From the NCBI GenBank assembly GCA_963514005.1, contig OY740814.1, positions 13,206,001 to 13,270,000 of the forward strand: a stretch of DNA of 64,000 nt, read 5' to 3'. This DNA is from Raja brachyura. Taxonomy: Eukaryota. The position numbers and the translations under genes are program-made. Shown here piece after piece: positions 1 through 13,804 of the stretch. The first letter of the stretch is position 1. Each line of letters starts with the position of its first letter. The notes beneath the pieces were generated by a model. The model ran no database searches, had not been told where the DNA came from, and was given only the letters and a program-made list of their open reading frames with translations.

Positions 1-790
1 TTGTCACCAAGCTTCCTTACTCCCACTGGCCATGCCCTTCACTCTAACAAGAACATGCATGCCCTGAACTCTTGTCATCATACTTTTAAAAGCATCCCAC
101 ATTCTGGATGTTCCTTTGCCGCAAACAATCTACTCCAAGTTCCTGTCTAATATCATCAAAGATGGCCTTGCCCCAAGTCATAATTTTAACTTATGGGCCC
201 ACACTGTCTTTATCCGTAACTATTTTATAGCTGATAGAATAGTTGTCGCTTGTCCCAAAAGGCTAGCCCGCGGACACTTCAGTCACTTGCTCTTCTCAAT
301 TTCCTAAGAGTAGATCAAGCTTTGCACTCGCCCTCCACATATTGCCTGAGGAAACTTTCCTGAACACGTTTGACAAATTCCATGTTGTCTAAGTCCTTGG
401 GAATATAACAGTCCCAGTCTATATTGGGAAAAATTAAAATCTTACTATGTCAACTTTACTAGTCTTGCAGCTGTCTGCAATCTCCTGGCATATTTGTTCT
501 TCTAATTAACGTTCACTATTTGGGGGCCTATAGTATACTGCCAAACAAGTGATCATCCCCTTTTTATTTCTTAGCTCTACCCATCTACCCTCATTGAATG
601 AACCATCAGTAATGTAATCTCAGATACTGTGATGACATTCTCTTTTATCAATAAAGAAACTCTCTTCTTTTACCCCTGCTGCTATCTCTCATGCAGCACC
701 TGTAGTCAGGAACATTAAGCTGTCAGTCATGTTCCTCTCTTAGCCAGATTTCTGTAATGGCTACAAGTTCCCAGTCACAGATCACATGCC
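1..790 (-). mobile_element. Degenerate CR1 LINE fragment (endonuclease region)
   Basis: Minus-strand ELVAITEIWLRE motif (ORF 723..923) and remnants of GDFN..I.W. Confidence 0.65.
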
Positions 791-2139
791 TGATTTCTGC
801 ACAGGAAAGGAAGTAAAGGGTTTGTGTTCCAGCTTCTGGATTGGAACTGATAACTGTCTGTCCATAGTCATACAGAAATGTTACAAGAGATACCCCTTGC
901 ATGGTATTGTAAGGTGGCGGCAACCCACCAACTTTAAGATAGCAGATTTGTTTAGCTCATTAAAACAATTCTCCTTTAAAAAGGACATGAACAATGCATT
1001 ACAAACAGATAAACATATATATATCGGATAAAACCCAGCATCTCTGAAAGGGATGGATAGGTGACATTTGGGTCAGGACCCTTCATTTGAATGGTATTGA
1101 TACTGGAGGTTGAAATATATTGATAAGTCAAGTTATTTTTTGTAAACTTACATCATTTGATGTAAGAAACATTTTAATTCATAGGAATAGTTACATGATC
1201 TGTCATAATCTATTTATTCATCAAAAACTGAAACGTTAAATAATTTGTTATCATTCCTTTTTATTGCTTTAAAAAGGTAAATCATGAAGTTTTAAATGCA
1301 GTTCAGAAGATTTTTTAGCTTATTAACAATTAAAATTCAAGATTTCACTGTAAAGCTTTCAAAGACAAAACAATCTGATTTATACCAACTAATATTCAAG
1401 GTTAAGAAAAATATTGTAAAGATAGAACTTGTTCTTACAACAGAATGGTAAAAGGAGCAAGTTACACTATTTCCACCATTTATTTATGTTGATACTTTAA
1501 AGTTGTTACCCTTGGATTGACTCATATTTTGTGATCCTAAACACAAGATCATGGACACACAGGTCCATGGCTATTGTCATTTGCATGATCAGTGGGAATG
1601 ACATGATGGAGTGAAAATACAGAAGTGGTCTGATATAGGGTTAAAAGATTCCAATGCACTGATATTATATTAAACTTTTTTTTAACCATAGTTAGATCAC
1701 ATTTAGGGAAGTCTGAACAATCCTGATCATAATAGAAATACTGGAGAATGTGCAATAAGGATTCACGAGATTAACAGCAGAACTAGGAAGTTACTACCTG
1801 TCAGGAAGGAGATACACAGCTCGTTTCTGCAGATTGTGAATAGGATTAATAAGGAAGGTGCAGAGATCATTGCCTTTGTGAGTGTGATGAATCGTAGGAG
1901 AGCTGTCACCATAAATCCAAAGAGCATTCAGGAGAAACTCCTTTCACCAACTCCATTAAAGAAGCAGCTGGTGGTGTCTTTGCACATTTGCAATTTGTCT
2001 GGTAATAATTTTACCTTCAAGTGTAAAGATTATAGATAGAGTTCTATTGTAGGACTTGAAAAGGTCTTAAATGATTGGGCCATTTCTATTGAAAAATTCT
2101 GAATGCCAGGTGATAGACATGATTAAAGCTTTAAAAGCA

Positions 2140-2900
2140 ATGTCAAGGACAATTGGTGATGTTGTGGGGAGTGAGGAGGACAATCTTTGGCCATATAATG
2201 ACACTGATAAGCTGGTAAAATGGGCATAGCATTGGCGGATGGAATATAATTATGGCAGGTGTGAGATTTGTATTTTGAGGGTCAAATAAGGGTAGGTCAT
2301 GCATCATGAATGGTTGGGCCCCAAGTGGTGTTGAGCAACAAACAGACTTTAGTGTGCATGTGTAAAGATTCCTGAAGATGGCAGCATGGGTATGTAGGAT
2401 TGTGGAGAAGGCAAATAGGATGCTGGCCTTCATTAATCAAGGCAGACAGTACAAAAGCAGGGAGGTCTTGATACAATGTTATGAAGCCCACAGCTGGAAT
2501 GTTATGTATCAGTTCTGATCAGCATTTATTGAAAAGATGTGACTGCACTGGAGAAAATGCAAAGGAGATTCATCAGGATGGTACCTGGGTTTCTACATTT
2601 CAGTTATGAAAGGCTGGATAGGTGGGTTTTCCTTGGAGCAGATGAAGCTGAGGGGAACTATAAAGAGATGTACAAAATTATGAATAGATAGGGTAGTTAA
2701 TAAGAAAATATTCCGATGGAAGAGATATCTAAGACCAGAGGGCATAGGGTTTAGGTGAGGTGTAAGAAGTTGAGAGGGGTCATGTGGAAGATCTCTTTTC
2801 ACCCAGAGTTTGAAATCTGGAACACACTGTCTGAGGTGGTAAAAACAGGTGCTCTCACAAAAGTTAACAAACTTTTGGAAGAGCATTTGCATCACCGAAC
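2140..2900 (+). mobile_element. Degenerate CR1 LINE 3' fragment
   Basis: KANRMLAFI-like segment, 'accagagggcatagggtttaggtgagg' and other CR1 3' hallmarks. Confidence 0.8.
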
Positions 2901-4594
2901 ACAAAGAAGAATGCTGGAAATGCCCACCTATTCCAGCAGGACAGTGGAGATAAGGGTTGGGGTAATGGCACAGATGTAGCAGGACTCTCCACTCCCAGTG
3001 CTGACAGAAAGGGAGAATAGTAACTCAAAACTAGCAAATGATCTTGAGTCCCAGATGCTGCAACGTGCCTGGACAGAAAATGAAGTGTTGCACTTCCTGT
3101 AGATCCCTTCGAAGATGGACCAGCCAATGTTCATCACTTTCTGAAGCCTCCTACAAATTTCAGAACCACATCATGATGCAACCAGTCAGTATGCTCTCCA
3201 CCATGCATTTGTAGTGGTTCCAGTTTTGATGACAGGTCCATGACTCTATTTCCCCAGTGATGCGGCCTGATTTGCTGAATGCTTCAACCACTTTCTCTTT
3301 TGTTTTAGATTTCCAATAGGTTGGTTGACCCATTAATGCCTAAGATTTGTAAATCATAGGTTCCTGTTTCCCTTTGCCCCATCATTATGGGGCTTTGGGG
3401 CTGTAATTAAAAATAAAAGCAAAAAATGCTGATTATCATCAAAATCTAAGAAAAGAAACAGCTAATACTTCAGGCAAATGACTGTTCATCAGAGCTGGAA
3501 TAATGAGATGTCAAGTTATATGGTGCAGAGAAATGTGGAGAAGGGGAAGAAGGAGATCTCAGGGCATCAATCCACAATGCTCTGGCTGTATTCCCTAATC
3601 GACACAGCTAAAAAGGTAGCAGTTATCAGATCAATGTCTCAATACTGTTTATTGAGTTTGCTGTGTGTAAGTTGGCTGTCCTTCAACAGTCTTCACTGGT
3701 ATGAAAGCACATTAGCAATTACCAATGCACAATGAAGTGGATATCTGTAAAATGTTCCTTAAGACCTAAATTTTAAACCATATTTTGTCTTCTAGTTCCC
3801 CATGTTGCTCAGTTATTATATTTTCCTTCTTGCACTGCACTTTGGAAAATTTTGCTACATTAATGCTGACTTGTTATGAGATGATTTACCATCACACCAC
3901 ACTTTGCACTTACTTACTAAAACCATTGGGAGGAGCTCCAAAGAAAGAATTGAACAAAAGTAAGTTCAGATTTTCTAAAATGAATTATACATTACATAGC
4001 ATTCCAAATAGTCACGTTTTACATCTCGATCAAATGTTTTATGCCATTTTGATACATTTGTTTAAGAAGACTCAAATTATCATACAATCTAAATCAAAAC
4101 TGAACTTCAATTCAAGATCCCAGATGCAAAAGAATAACTGTAAAATCGGACTGAATGAACAGTACATCTTTCCCAACGAACCAGCAGATTTGGTGGAATG
4201 CTGAAGTATACAATGTTGTACGTAGGCCACAGGCATTCCTTTTAACAAGATATAGATTCCTTAGTTCTCAGGGTAAATCTATCATGAACAATTTGGCTTG
4301 CAAAGTTAATCTTACCTTCAAAGTAATTATGCAATGGAATTAATATTAAGTTGAAACAAAGGAATAATGACCTAGGTTTGATCCTGTTCAGATGCTGTTT
4401 GTGGGCAGTTTGCATTCTTCCTGTGACCATGTGTATTTCCTCCAAATGCTACATTTTCCTCACACATCACAAAGATGAAGGTTGATAGGTCAATTAGCCA
4501 CTGCAAATTTTCCTTAGGATGCGGGTGAGGGGTAAGATCTGAGAGCACATTGAATAAAATGGGTTAGAGTGAGATTTGTGTAAAAATGGTCCCG

Positions 4595-4890
4595 TTTAGT
4601 TTAGTTTAGAGATACAGCGCAGAAACAGGCCCTTTGGCCCATTGAGTTAGCGTGGACCAGTAATCCATTCACACTATCACTATCCTACACACCCAAGGGA
4701 CAATTTACAAATGTACCAAGCCAATTAGCCTACAAACCTGTACATCTTTAGAGTGTGTTAGAAACCGGAGAAACTCATGCAGGTCATGGGGAGAACATAC
4801 AAACTCCATACAGACAAGCACCCTTAGTAAGGATTGAACCCAGGTCTCTGGCGCTGTAAGGCAGCACCTCTACCGCTGTGCCACTGTGCC
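4595..4890 (-). mobile_element. tRNA-derived SINE with CR1-like 3' tail (chondrichthyan type)
   Basis: Minus strand starts ggcacagtggcacagcggtagag with a B-box-like ggttcaatcc; (gttta)n tail. A decayed + copy lies at ~4365-4590. Confidence 0.8.
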
Positions 4891-6777
4891 ACCCACATGG
4901 TGGGTTAAAAGACCCTTTTTCATGCTGTACCTCTCTATGACAGTAAAATGCCTACTGTTAAATACATTTAAAGTAATTGTAGTTTTCAAAACTCGTCATT
5001 GGATTTGCAAAAATACAACTTCTAATATGCATTTGCAATATTGTATATTCAAATTATTACTTTGGAGGTGGTTCCGCAGAGTTTATTTTCCATTAATCTT
5101 GACTGAAGGGTGGGACAGCCACAAAATCCCAAAGCATGCATTAACTTTGTTTCTTTTGCCATTAATAACTGATAGCCACCACTGGATGTTCAGATTTTAG
5201 TCTCATTATCATTAAAACAGAAGTGTCGTGTCCCTCTCTGCCTTTTGTTGAACGGGCCACAGTCAGATAAGAAAAGGAAATACAGTTCTGCTGAGTCTAT
5301 TGACAAGTTAGATTTCTGTTATTTGTTTCAATGCCACAGGCTCAGGATGGAAAAATTGACTCATCTTCTCAGTTCCAATTGTTTTTTGACTGCTGCACAG
5401 CAGCAGTCAGCTCCTAGAGGAGTGCAAAGAAGAAAAATGGTTGGCCAAATGGAATTTCTTGACAAGATATCGTCCAGAATCTTTGATCAACCATGGCCAG
5501 AATCTCTCTGAGATTCTCAGGCTGATGTTTAGATGGTTTGACCCAAGGTGGCCCTGTGTCCATAAATAGAACATTAGATGTCAAATATGGCTTTGGCATG
5601 TGGCCATTGCTGGCTAAACAACCTGGTGGTGCAGTGCTCTGTACAATTCGGTGGCAGAGTTGTTGCCTTACACATTCACCAATGTCAGCGCATCAAGGTG
5701 GCAAAAAGGGTGCTCAGGAAATTTAGGTACTTTATAGTGGGCATGATATGTAATCTCTGCCCCACTATCCCACCCAAGTAACAGATTGGACTTAGAACTT
5801 GTATCCGATTGCAATAGCCCGGCATGTCAGCTTTATATAAATCTGTATAATGTTTATCTCTGGGTTGCAAATTGATAAACTTGAAGTGCAATAGATGGAC
5901 TAATTCTCCTCGGCTTGTTGCCAAGTAACCACTGTTGCTCCTGGGTTGCTGCTGGAACTTCTGATGCAGTTGCTTTTCTCCATCTGATTAAGAATTCAAG
6001 AGTCAAATCAAGAATGTTGTTATATGCACCGACAATCGAACAATGAAATTCTTACTGTAGCATCTTAAAAAGTCCCGTAAATGCAGTATACACACAAAAT
6101 ACAATGCATTCCTGGTTGACCACAAGAATTTCCCTCACCTTCAAACTTTGTCTTTAATTTCTCAACTAACAGCCTTGACAATTGGTGGGAATTTTGGATC
6201 TAAGATGTAAACCTGTCGTTTGTAAGGTTTGAGTTGAAACATTGTAGAAAGCTCAGGATGATAACATAAGGGAGAGTTGTGCCATGGACTGAGCTGTTCT
6301 GAGAAGAGTTACATAAACTGGCAGCAATGGAGCCACTGGCGCCAAGGGCTGAGAACAGTGTTAAGTCCAGATCTGGTCCACTTGGCAAGTTTCACAACAA
6401 TGGTTCCATTTGCCACATTGCCATTTTCATTAAATTTAATATGGCTAAGCAATTGAGGAGATTTAAACTTAAAGAGCTTCAAAAAAAATTGTTTTGACCG
6501 AGTTTCTCTCATGTTTTTAAACAATCTCAAATGAATCCTCGAGGTTCTGTCAGCACTCTGGATTTAAACCCCCAAAATGGAAAAGACTGCCAATATAACT
6601 AAGTGGGTGGAAATTATTTTGAGTGCCTCACCTCAAAGGACATTTAGGGCTCTGTCAAAATAGTTCAGGCAAGTGGTATGATACTTTCTGTAGAAAGAGG
6701 AGGGGAGAAGGGAATGGCTAGCCCAGTTGTGTTTTCAATCAGAATTATTGCATGGTGTTCCCTGCACAAAAGGCAGC

Positions 6778-6817
6778 TTTCTTAAGTAGACTAGCAGTTT
6801 CTTAAGTAGACTAGCAG
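6778..6817. repeat. 20-bp tandem duplication
   Basis: tttcttaagtagactagcag occurs twice in tandem. Confidence 0.9.
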
Positions 6818-6839
6818 CCACCCTGGAAGGTTATGGAGA

Positions 6840-7500
6840 CTTCAGAAAGGTGCAGCAGAGGTTCACCAGAATGTTGCCTGGATTCAGTTTGTTTTCTCTG
6901 GAATGTCAAAGCTGAAGGGTGTTGCCTGGATTGGAGAGTATCAGCTAACTTGTATAGTTTTCTCGTGAGCACTGGACACGGAGGAGTAATCTGATAGAAA
7001 TATATAAAGTTATGAGAGGCATAAATAGAGTAAATGGTCAGAGTCTTTCTCTTAGGATAGAAATGTCAAATACAAGGGGGGATAGATTTAAGGTGAGAGC
7101 ATGAAATTTTAAAACAGATTTGCAAGACGTTTTTTTTACACAGAGATTGATGGGAGCCTGGAATGCACAGACAAGGGAAGTGGTGGAAATATATATGATA
7201 TCATTGTTGAAGAGCCATTTAGACAGCAACATAAACAGAGGAATATAAACTATGTGCAGCTACATGGGATTAGTTTAGATTGGCATTCTGAGCAGCACAG
7301 AAGTGGTGGGCTTCTTCTTCTTGCGTATGGCGTGCACAGCCTAAAGTTGGAGGACAACTTGTTCTATTTGATCTTATTTGATTGTGCACACCGGGTTCAT
7401 TGCATTCGTCGAAACAGGGCAGACTACGTGAAGTTCGCAATCTTCCACCTGGTGGGCTGAAAAGTCTGTTCCCATGCTGTACTGTTCCATGTTCTATATT
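6840..7500 (+). mobile_element. CR1 LINE 3' fragment interrupted by a short SINE
   Basis: 'gcagcagaggttcaccagaatgttgcctgg' through the CR1 tail 'ctgttcccatgctgtactgttccatgttctat'. Confidence 0.75.
7311..7449 (-). mobile_element. ~140-bp SINE-like retroposon with (AAG)n tail, copy 1
   Basis: Homologous in reverse to 11694-11833; TSD tggtggg at 7304-7310 and 7450-7456. Confidence 0.8.
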
Positions 7501-7519
7501 CTGTGCTGGAATATATATA

Positions 7520-7765
7520 TATTTTTTTATTCATACAAAATGCTTTTATCCAGAACAAACAAAAATACAAAGTAGTAACACGATCAAAGAATGCCTATAT
7601 TGGCATTTTACAAACAATAGTGTTGGACTAAAGTGGAGCCAAAACTTGAGGAGAAGCCCCTTCAGATACTCGAACAGGGGCTACAACCTCGAACACTCCA
7701 TGTAGACGTGGAACACGGTCTCTTGCTCGCCACAGAAGTGGGCTGCTTCCTCTTGGGAGTGTGGG
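7520..7765 (-). mobile_element. L1/Tx1-clade LINE 3' fragment
   Basis: Minus strand reads HFCGEQETVFHVYMECSRL*PLFEYLKGLLLKFWLHFSP, a remnant of the ORF2 C-terminal Zn-knuckle. Confidence 0.7.
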
Positions 7766-8464
7766 ATGGTGGGTTCAAATACAACATAGTCAGTAAATCT
7801 ATGATGAAATCTTCCATTAAAAAATTGTATTTATTATCCAATAATACAAAATAATAATCTACAATGAAACAAAACTGGAAGATATTTTGAATAATCTGAA
7901 TTAATCTGTAATTTGCAGTTAGCAAATTTGGAAAAAAATGGTGGTCAAATCAAGGTGTCTGAACTACTCACTCAGGAATGCCAATATTGCAGGGTCAATC
8001 ATAATGTCATGGGTGGAAATTTATTTGAGGACAAGTTTCTACAGTAGTCCCCAAGGGTAAGAAGCCAGAGCATAATCCGAAAGGTTAAAGTTAAAAGTGC
8101 TCTGAATCGCAAAGGAAGATTGCCTCAAATAATAAAACAGCAGGAAAACAAGGCTCAATTGTAGCTTGCTGTGGAGGGGATGGGAATGAAGCCATATCTC
8201 TTACTCCTGGTAATTTTTTTTAAGGAGGGTTGTGGAACACAAGAAAACTTTCAAAGGAAAATGAAATAAATATGCAATTAAGGTATTTTTAGGAAATGGC
8301 TGGAACCAAGTGGTACTTTTGCTTCATAAGCTCGCTACCTTAAAGGAAGTTGTTTGTTACAGTCCGGTTGGGCAATGATCTGAGCCTTGGGACAAAGCCA
8401 ACTGGGAAATAAACCCAGCTGATATTATGGATGAAATAAATCAAGATAATACTTGTGGAGTCAT

Positions 8465-8795
8465 GGAGAGATGCAGCACAGAGATCGGTCCTCTAGCCCA
8501 ATGCCACTATGCCAACTAGCAAGTGCCTATGTGTATTTATACTAATCTAATTTTTCAACAATTCTCCCCACATTCCTTTCAACCCCTCTAGATTCTACCA
8601 GTCATGTAACCAACAGGGACATTTCCAGTATCCATTTAACCAACCAATCTGCACATCCTTGAGATATGGGAGGAAACGGGAGCACTTGGAGGAAACATAC
8701 AGCTGAAGGGAGAATATACAAACCCCATACAGACAGCAATGGAGGTCAGGATCACGCTCAGGAGACGCAAGACAATGGGTCTACAAATGTACCAT
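8465..8795 (-). mobile_element. Decayed SINE of the same family as 4595-4890
   Basis: Shares 'gggagaatatacaaaccccatacagacag' and 'ggaaacgggagcacttggaggaaac' blocks; other decayed copies at ~17700-17940 and ~36935-37100. Confidence 0.6.
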
Positions 8796-10693
8796 TTTGG
8801 TGCTCAAAAGGAGGATGAAGAGAGTGATTTGGTGTGTAAAGTGATAGTGCCACAGAAACCTTTGATTGGGTCTCTTTGATAGCAACTTACTCAGTCTAAT
8901 TACAAGGAGACAAAGCATTAAGGGCCTGTAGAAAAGCAGAAAAGTGATACAGACCCTTTATTAAAAAAACTGGTCTAGCTTCAAGCCATGTCTCAATTCA
9001 CATTGCCTCGGAGGATCAGCGTGAAGACATTAGAGAGGGTCAAGAAAAGAGGATGGTTGCTGGAATGAGAAGCAACAGTTAAAAGAAGATATTGGAGAAG
9101 GAAATGCAGAATGCTCTGTCTCCAGATGTGATGGAGGCAAGTTTCACTTTTGAGGGAATTCAAAAAATATGTATTGAAGGAATTATTTCAGGGCTAAGGA
9201 CAAAGGACTAAAGTATAGGATTGTTTTGTAGAGAACTAGTATGGACATGCTGGGCCTCCTTCCCTATAATTGTTCTTGGAAATCAACAACAGTGAGAGTA
9301 CAAGGGAGCAAAAAAACAAACAACAATAATGATGAAGGGAAAAGGTGAAATTCAAGAGCAGCATTCTCAGGAGAGAAGACAAATCCAACAGCAACGATTA
9401 AAAGGTAAAGACTGAGGTTGTTGGAAATGCAAACAATGGCAAAAAAAGTACTGCCTGGCTCACCTGAGGGCAGGTACCAGGTGAAATTACAAGATTAACA
9501 TTTAGATGTGCAAAAACATTTAACCACCATATAGGTATTTTTAAGTATCAATTCCTTTGGTAAATGGACTGTGGTAAACATTTATGTGAGAGTGTGTATG
9601 TAGGTGAGAGAGGGAGAGTGTGTGCTTGTGCATGTGTGTGTGTATGCAACCCCTTTAAATGCATCTTTTGTAAAATGTTGAGGTTAAACTATGAGAGGTA
9701 ATTGCAATAGAAATGTACACTAGTAGTAGCCTCTGCAGCTGAAATCAGTAAACACAGCACATGACAAAAAAACAAACGTGGGCTGAAGGCGCTGCTTGGT
9801 AAAGCTACATTGAGTTTTTGCTAGTTGAATTAACACAGATATTATTGTATTTGTTTCGAGATCTGCTATTCTTTTAATAGTCAAGTTTCTTGAAGAAATA
9901 TTTCCAGAAATGGGGACATAAGTTAAATGCTGGTGAACAACCTTTGGTTAGTTACCTCGATGGGATCTTATTGCAGCAAAGTTTTACGTCAATACTGCAC
10001 ACTGCCCAGGACCGTGCAGAAGATTGTAAGTGTTAATGCTTTTCGATGCATGTGTTAAACACACATTGTCCACATATGTGTTCCCAATCTCTGTTTTAGA
10101 TTGGCTTATGATTATTGGTGGGATGAATCCCTGTCTGAAGAAGGGTCTCAACACGACATGGCACTGATCCCTTTTTTCCAGAGATGTTGTCTGACCCGCT
10201 GAGTTACTCCAGCTTTTTGAGTCTATCCTTGAAGACACACTTTTGATTTGGAAAGTGACCAAATAACATGGTGCCCTGTTGCAACCACCTGACAAAGCTG
10301 CCAAGACTGAGATGAAGATCAACCTAATCCAAAAAATAATGAGGAGCAGCAGCATCAGTGTTATGGACATCAATGTTGAGCCCGCGTACTCTATAGCTGA
10401 GGGTCATTGAAGCAGTAGGTGCACCTGTTGACATCACTTTGAATACCGCATAGTTGTATGTCACTGGAAGCCTCAAGTATGCCCACCGATATCTTGGCTG
10501 GACACAGTCCACACATAACCCCAGTATCCTTTCTCCACAATGCAGCAACTCCTCATGAGGTCCAGTAATTGAAGAAAATAAAATAATCTCCATTAACCAA
10601 GACTTTAAACGTACCCATTACCATTGCTCTGTCATGCAAGATTTCTGAACCCACACACTTAATCTTCAGAAAGGGACTTCAATTATGATGAAA

Positions 10694-10901
10694 TGTGTAG
10701 GAAGGAACTGCAGATGCTGGTTTAAACCGAAGCTAGACTCAAAAAGCTGGAGTAACTCAGCGGGTCAGGCAGCATCTCTGGAGAAAAGGAGTAGGTGCTG
10801 TTTTGGATCGAGAAGAAGGGACTTGACTCAAAACATCACTTATTCCTTTTCTCCAGAGATGCTGCCTGACCCGCTGAGTTTCCCCAGCTTTTTGTGTCTA
10901 T
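10694..10901. repeat. Hairpin-type short retroposed element (Penelope-terminal / hammerhead-like family)
   Basis: Inverted arms gctggagtaactcagcgggtcaggcagcatctctggaga / tctccagagatgctgcctgacccgctgag; TSD-like cttcaat(ta/cc)tgatgaaa at 10677-93 and 10902-18. Confidence 0.8.
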
Positions 10902-11693
10902 CTTCAATCCTGATGAAACTTGGAAAAACAAATGCAGTCCAAATTAAGCATCAATTAACTGACACAGTGCCAAAAGTTCCCGATTTTTATTTTCCACATC
11001 ACTGATAAAAATCGTATCTGCGCAAACCATGCAAGAAACAGATAGTGATGCAGAAAAGAAAACAAAAAAACTCTGGAAAAAATCTTGGAACTTACTTGCG
11101 TGCACAGATATCTTGGATGAAACGTTAAAACAAAACTCCTCCCAAAGAGTTAGGGATGGCTGAGGATAAATCATAGAAAATGCCGAAACAGTCTTGAAAT
11201 TATTTTTTAACATTCGTGAACAACATTCTTTTAATAGTTTGGACTCTGCAGTCAATAATTAGTTAAATGCTACCCACCCTGAACTGGAGAAAATATATTT
11301 CCACAAGAATTCTGCCATCTTTGGGACATGGAATATTCCCTTTCCTGAAACCTGATGATGTAAAGCTTCCTGTTCAACATGATACCTGCCCGCCTCTCCT
11401 CCGCATTCCAGCAATTTCTCTCAAATTGCAGGGTAATTGCAGTGGCACATAGCTTACATACTTCATATATTGTAGATGGCCAAACAATGGAAAGAGGCGG
11501 GGCAAGGTTACAGGTGATCACCAGATAAGCAGCAACTTTTTCAATCACCTGGTATTGTCGCCAATGATCCATGTGTGAACTGATAAATGTACAGTTTAAG
11601 AAAGAACTGCTGATGCTGGAAAAATCGAAGGTGGACAAAAAATGCTGGAGAAACTCAGCGGATGACTGATCTTTCTTCTCAAACTAGTATATT

Positions 11694-11833
11694 GGGGTGG
11701 GAGATTGCAACCTTCAAGTGGTCCGCCCTGTTTCAACAAATGCAATCAACCTGGCGTGCACAATCAAATAAGATCAAGTAGAACACATTGTCCTACAACT
11801 TTAGGATGTGCACGCCATATGCAAGAAGAAGAG
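11694..11833 (+). mobile_element. ~140-bp SINE-like retroposon with (AAG)n tail, copy 2
   Basis: Imperfect 13-bp TSD aaactagtatatt / aaactaatacatt at 11681-93 and 11834-46. Confidence 0.8.
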
Positions 11834-12329
11834 AAACTAATACATTGTAGACATCCAGCATCCCTGAGCTCTCCCATGCTCTGTAGCTGATTTATCGATG
11901 ATGTTTCATTTGATATGTCTGAAGGAAAGGAATCATTCTTGGATGTAATATTGTGTGTTGTAGCAATGTTAAGATCAGTTAATGCTAAGCTAATGAAAAA
12001 TTTGAAAATTCTCAGACACAGAACATGACATTCATGCTATTGTGTTCTTGCAAAAACTCTGTACATCAACGCTCTTAAAGGTCTTGCCATTTACTGTATA
12101 CTTTCCTCGTACATTTTATCTCCCAAAATGCAACACCTCACATTTTTTCCAGATTTAACGGCATTTACTATTTTTCCGCCCATATTAGCAACTGATCAAT
12201 ATCCTGCTTACCCTTTGATAATCTTCCTCAGTGTCCACAACTATGATGATTTTCATGTTGGCTGGAAACTTATTAATCAGCCGCCGGCATGGTTTTTTTT
12301 CCCCACAGTAGGGGAATCACAGGTGTGCG

Positions 12330-12630
12330 AGAACTATTATCTTCAGGTTCAAGAACAGCTTCGTCCCATCAGGCTCTTGAACCACCCTCCACAATCCAAA
12401 CCACAATCCTACCTCAGCACCAAACAACTATGGAGTTTGTAGTACTTAAGGTTGCACTGCGTAGTTTAGCTTGCCCTATTATGGTCTGGTTCACATGATA
12501 TAACTGATAATCTATTGTATATTTATTTGTTGTGTTGTTGCATTTAATGTGCCTGTAAAACTGCAACAGGAAACAATTTCATTGTTCTGGTCCCAGTGCA
12601 CTTGACAATAAAATATTGTCGAGTCTCTTG
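12330..12630 (+). mobile_element. Rex1/Babar-like LINE 3' end
   Basis: 'aggttcaagaacagcttc..catcaggctcttgaac' (RFKNSF..IRLLN) plus 3' UTR with aataaa. Related tails at ~6000-6090, 48215-48310 and 53850-53940 (minus). Confidence 0.6.
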
Positions 12631-13804
12631 ATTTTGGATTTAAACGTTCTTGACTCTTATACTGTCAATTTAATTGCACCCTATCAGAGAGTAACAGGTA
12701 CCTGGAAAGCGATGCCAGGGGTGCTGGTGTAGTCGGATAAGATAGTGCCATTTGAGAGGCGTTTAGATATGCACATGGATATCTAGGGAATAGAGGGAAA
12801 TGTGGGGTATAGAGGGATATGAATTCAGTGCAGAGGAGATTAGATTAATTTGGCATCATGTTGAGCACAGACATTGTAGGCAGTAGGGCCTGCCCCTGTA
12901 CTGTGCTGTTCTATGTTGATCCAACTCTACCAGCCTACCTGGACACACAACAACATTTAATACTAAGGCCCCATGACAAGCCACAAGAAGAAGTTGCCTG
13001 GATGACTTTGGAAATACTTCAAGGATAGTTTGGTAGAATTGTTGGCCCATGGTTGTTCATAATGGCAACGCATCTGGAATGGCCCCTGCAACCTTGAGTC
13101 CCCTCATCAGGAGCAAGTGGGTGTCCAGTTCAACAGTGAAAAGTGTGCACAAACTCTCACATTACCTTCCACCACTTCCTGCTCCATCTGTCCGAGGCAG
13201 CATTTCGGGCATGATATTGGCTTCGAATGTCCTCAGAACCCAATAAGCTGGAGTGGAAGCAAACCATCCTCATGTCCAAGGCCATCCTGAAGAAAGGATA
13301 ACTGTGGTTTTGGAAGCTCACGGCGTCAGGTGCCATTAAATAAACAAAGTGTTTCGTGATGGTAGGTGTCTTCAACTAAATCACAAGAATGGCAGAGACC
13401 ATATAACAATAAATAACAATGGGACACAGACTCTGAAGGTAGTCAACTAATCTGAAATAAGCTAACACAATCTACCACCCAAGTCACCCCATTCTGTGCA
13501 GGATTGGAAGATTAAATTATCTCCACTAGTGGTCGAAAACGAGCCTGTCGCCATTTGCAGCTCAAATTTCCTCACAGCTATTTGTTTTCTTGGTTCCTCA
13601 TGACAAGGGACAAGAGGCGAACAGCGGCGGGCTTGAGGGAGAGAAGGCTCCTGGACAGCCAGCGCTTGTTTCGAGGGGAGGGACGGCGGTCGCACTCGGT
13701 GTGTATTGAGCGGCTCGGGTTCCGTCGGGGGCCGTAGCGACGGCGGGGCGGGGTTCGAGCGACGTGTTTATGCGACGCGGATCCACCCAACCCCGAGCAA
13801 CAAC

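Noticed and set aside
4820-4890. tRNA gene on the minus strand
   Set aside because: It is the tRNA-derived head of a SINE followed by SINE body and tail; no full cloverleaf.
1-13500. Exons of a neighbouring gene (COPS2 lies upstream in mammals)
   Set aside because: No recognisable COPS2 or other conserved peptide found; ORFs such as 3785..4204 look random.
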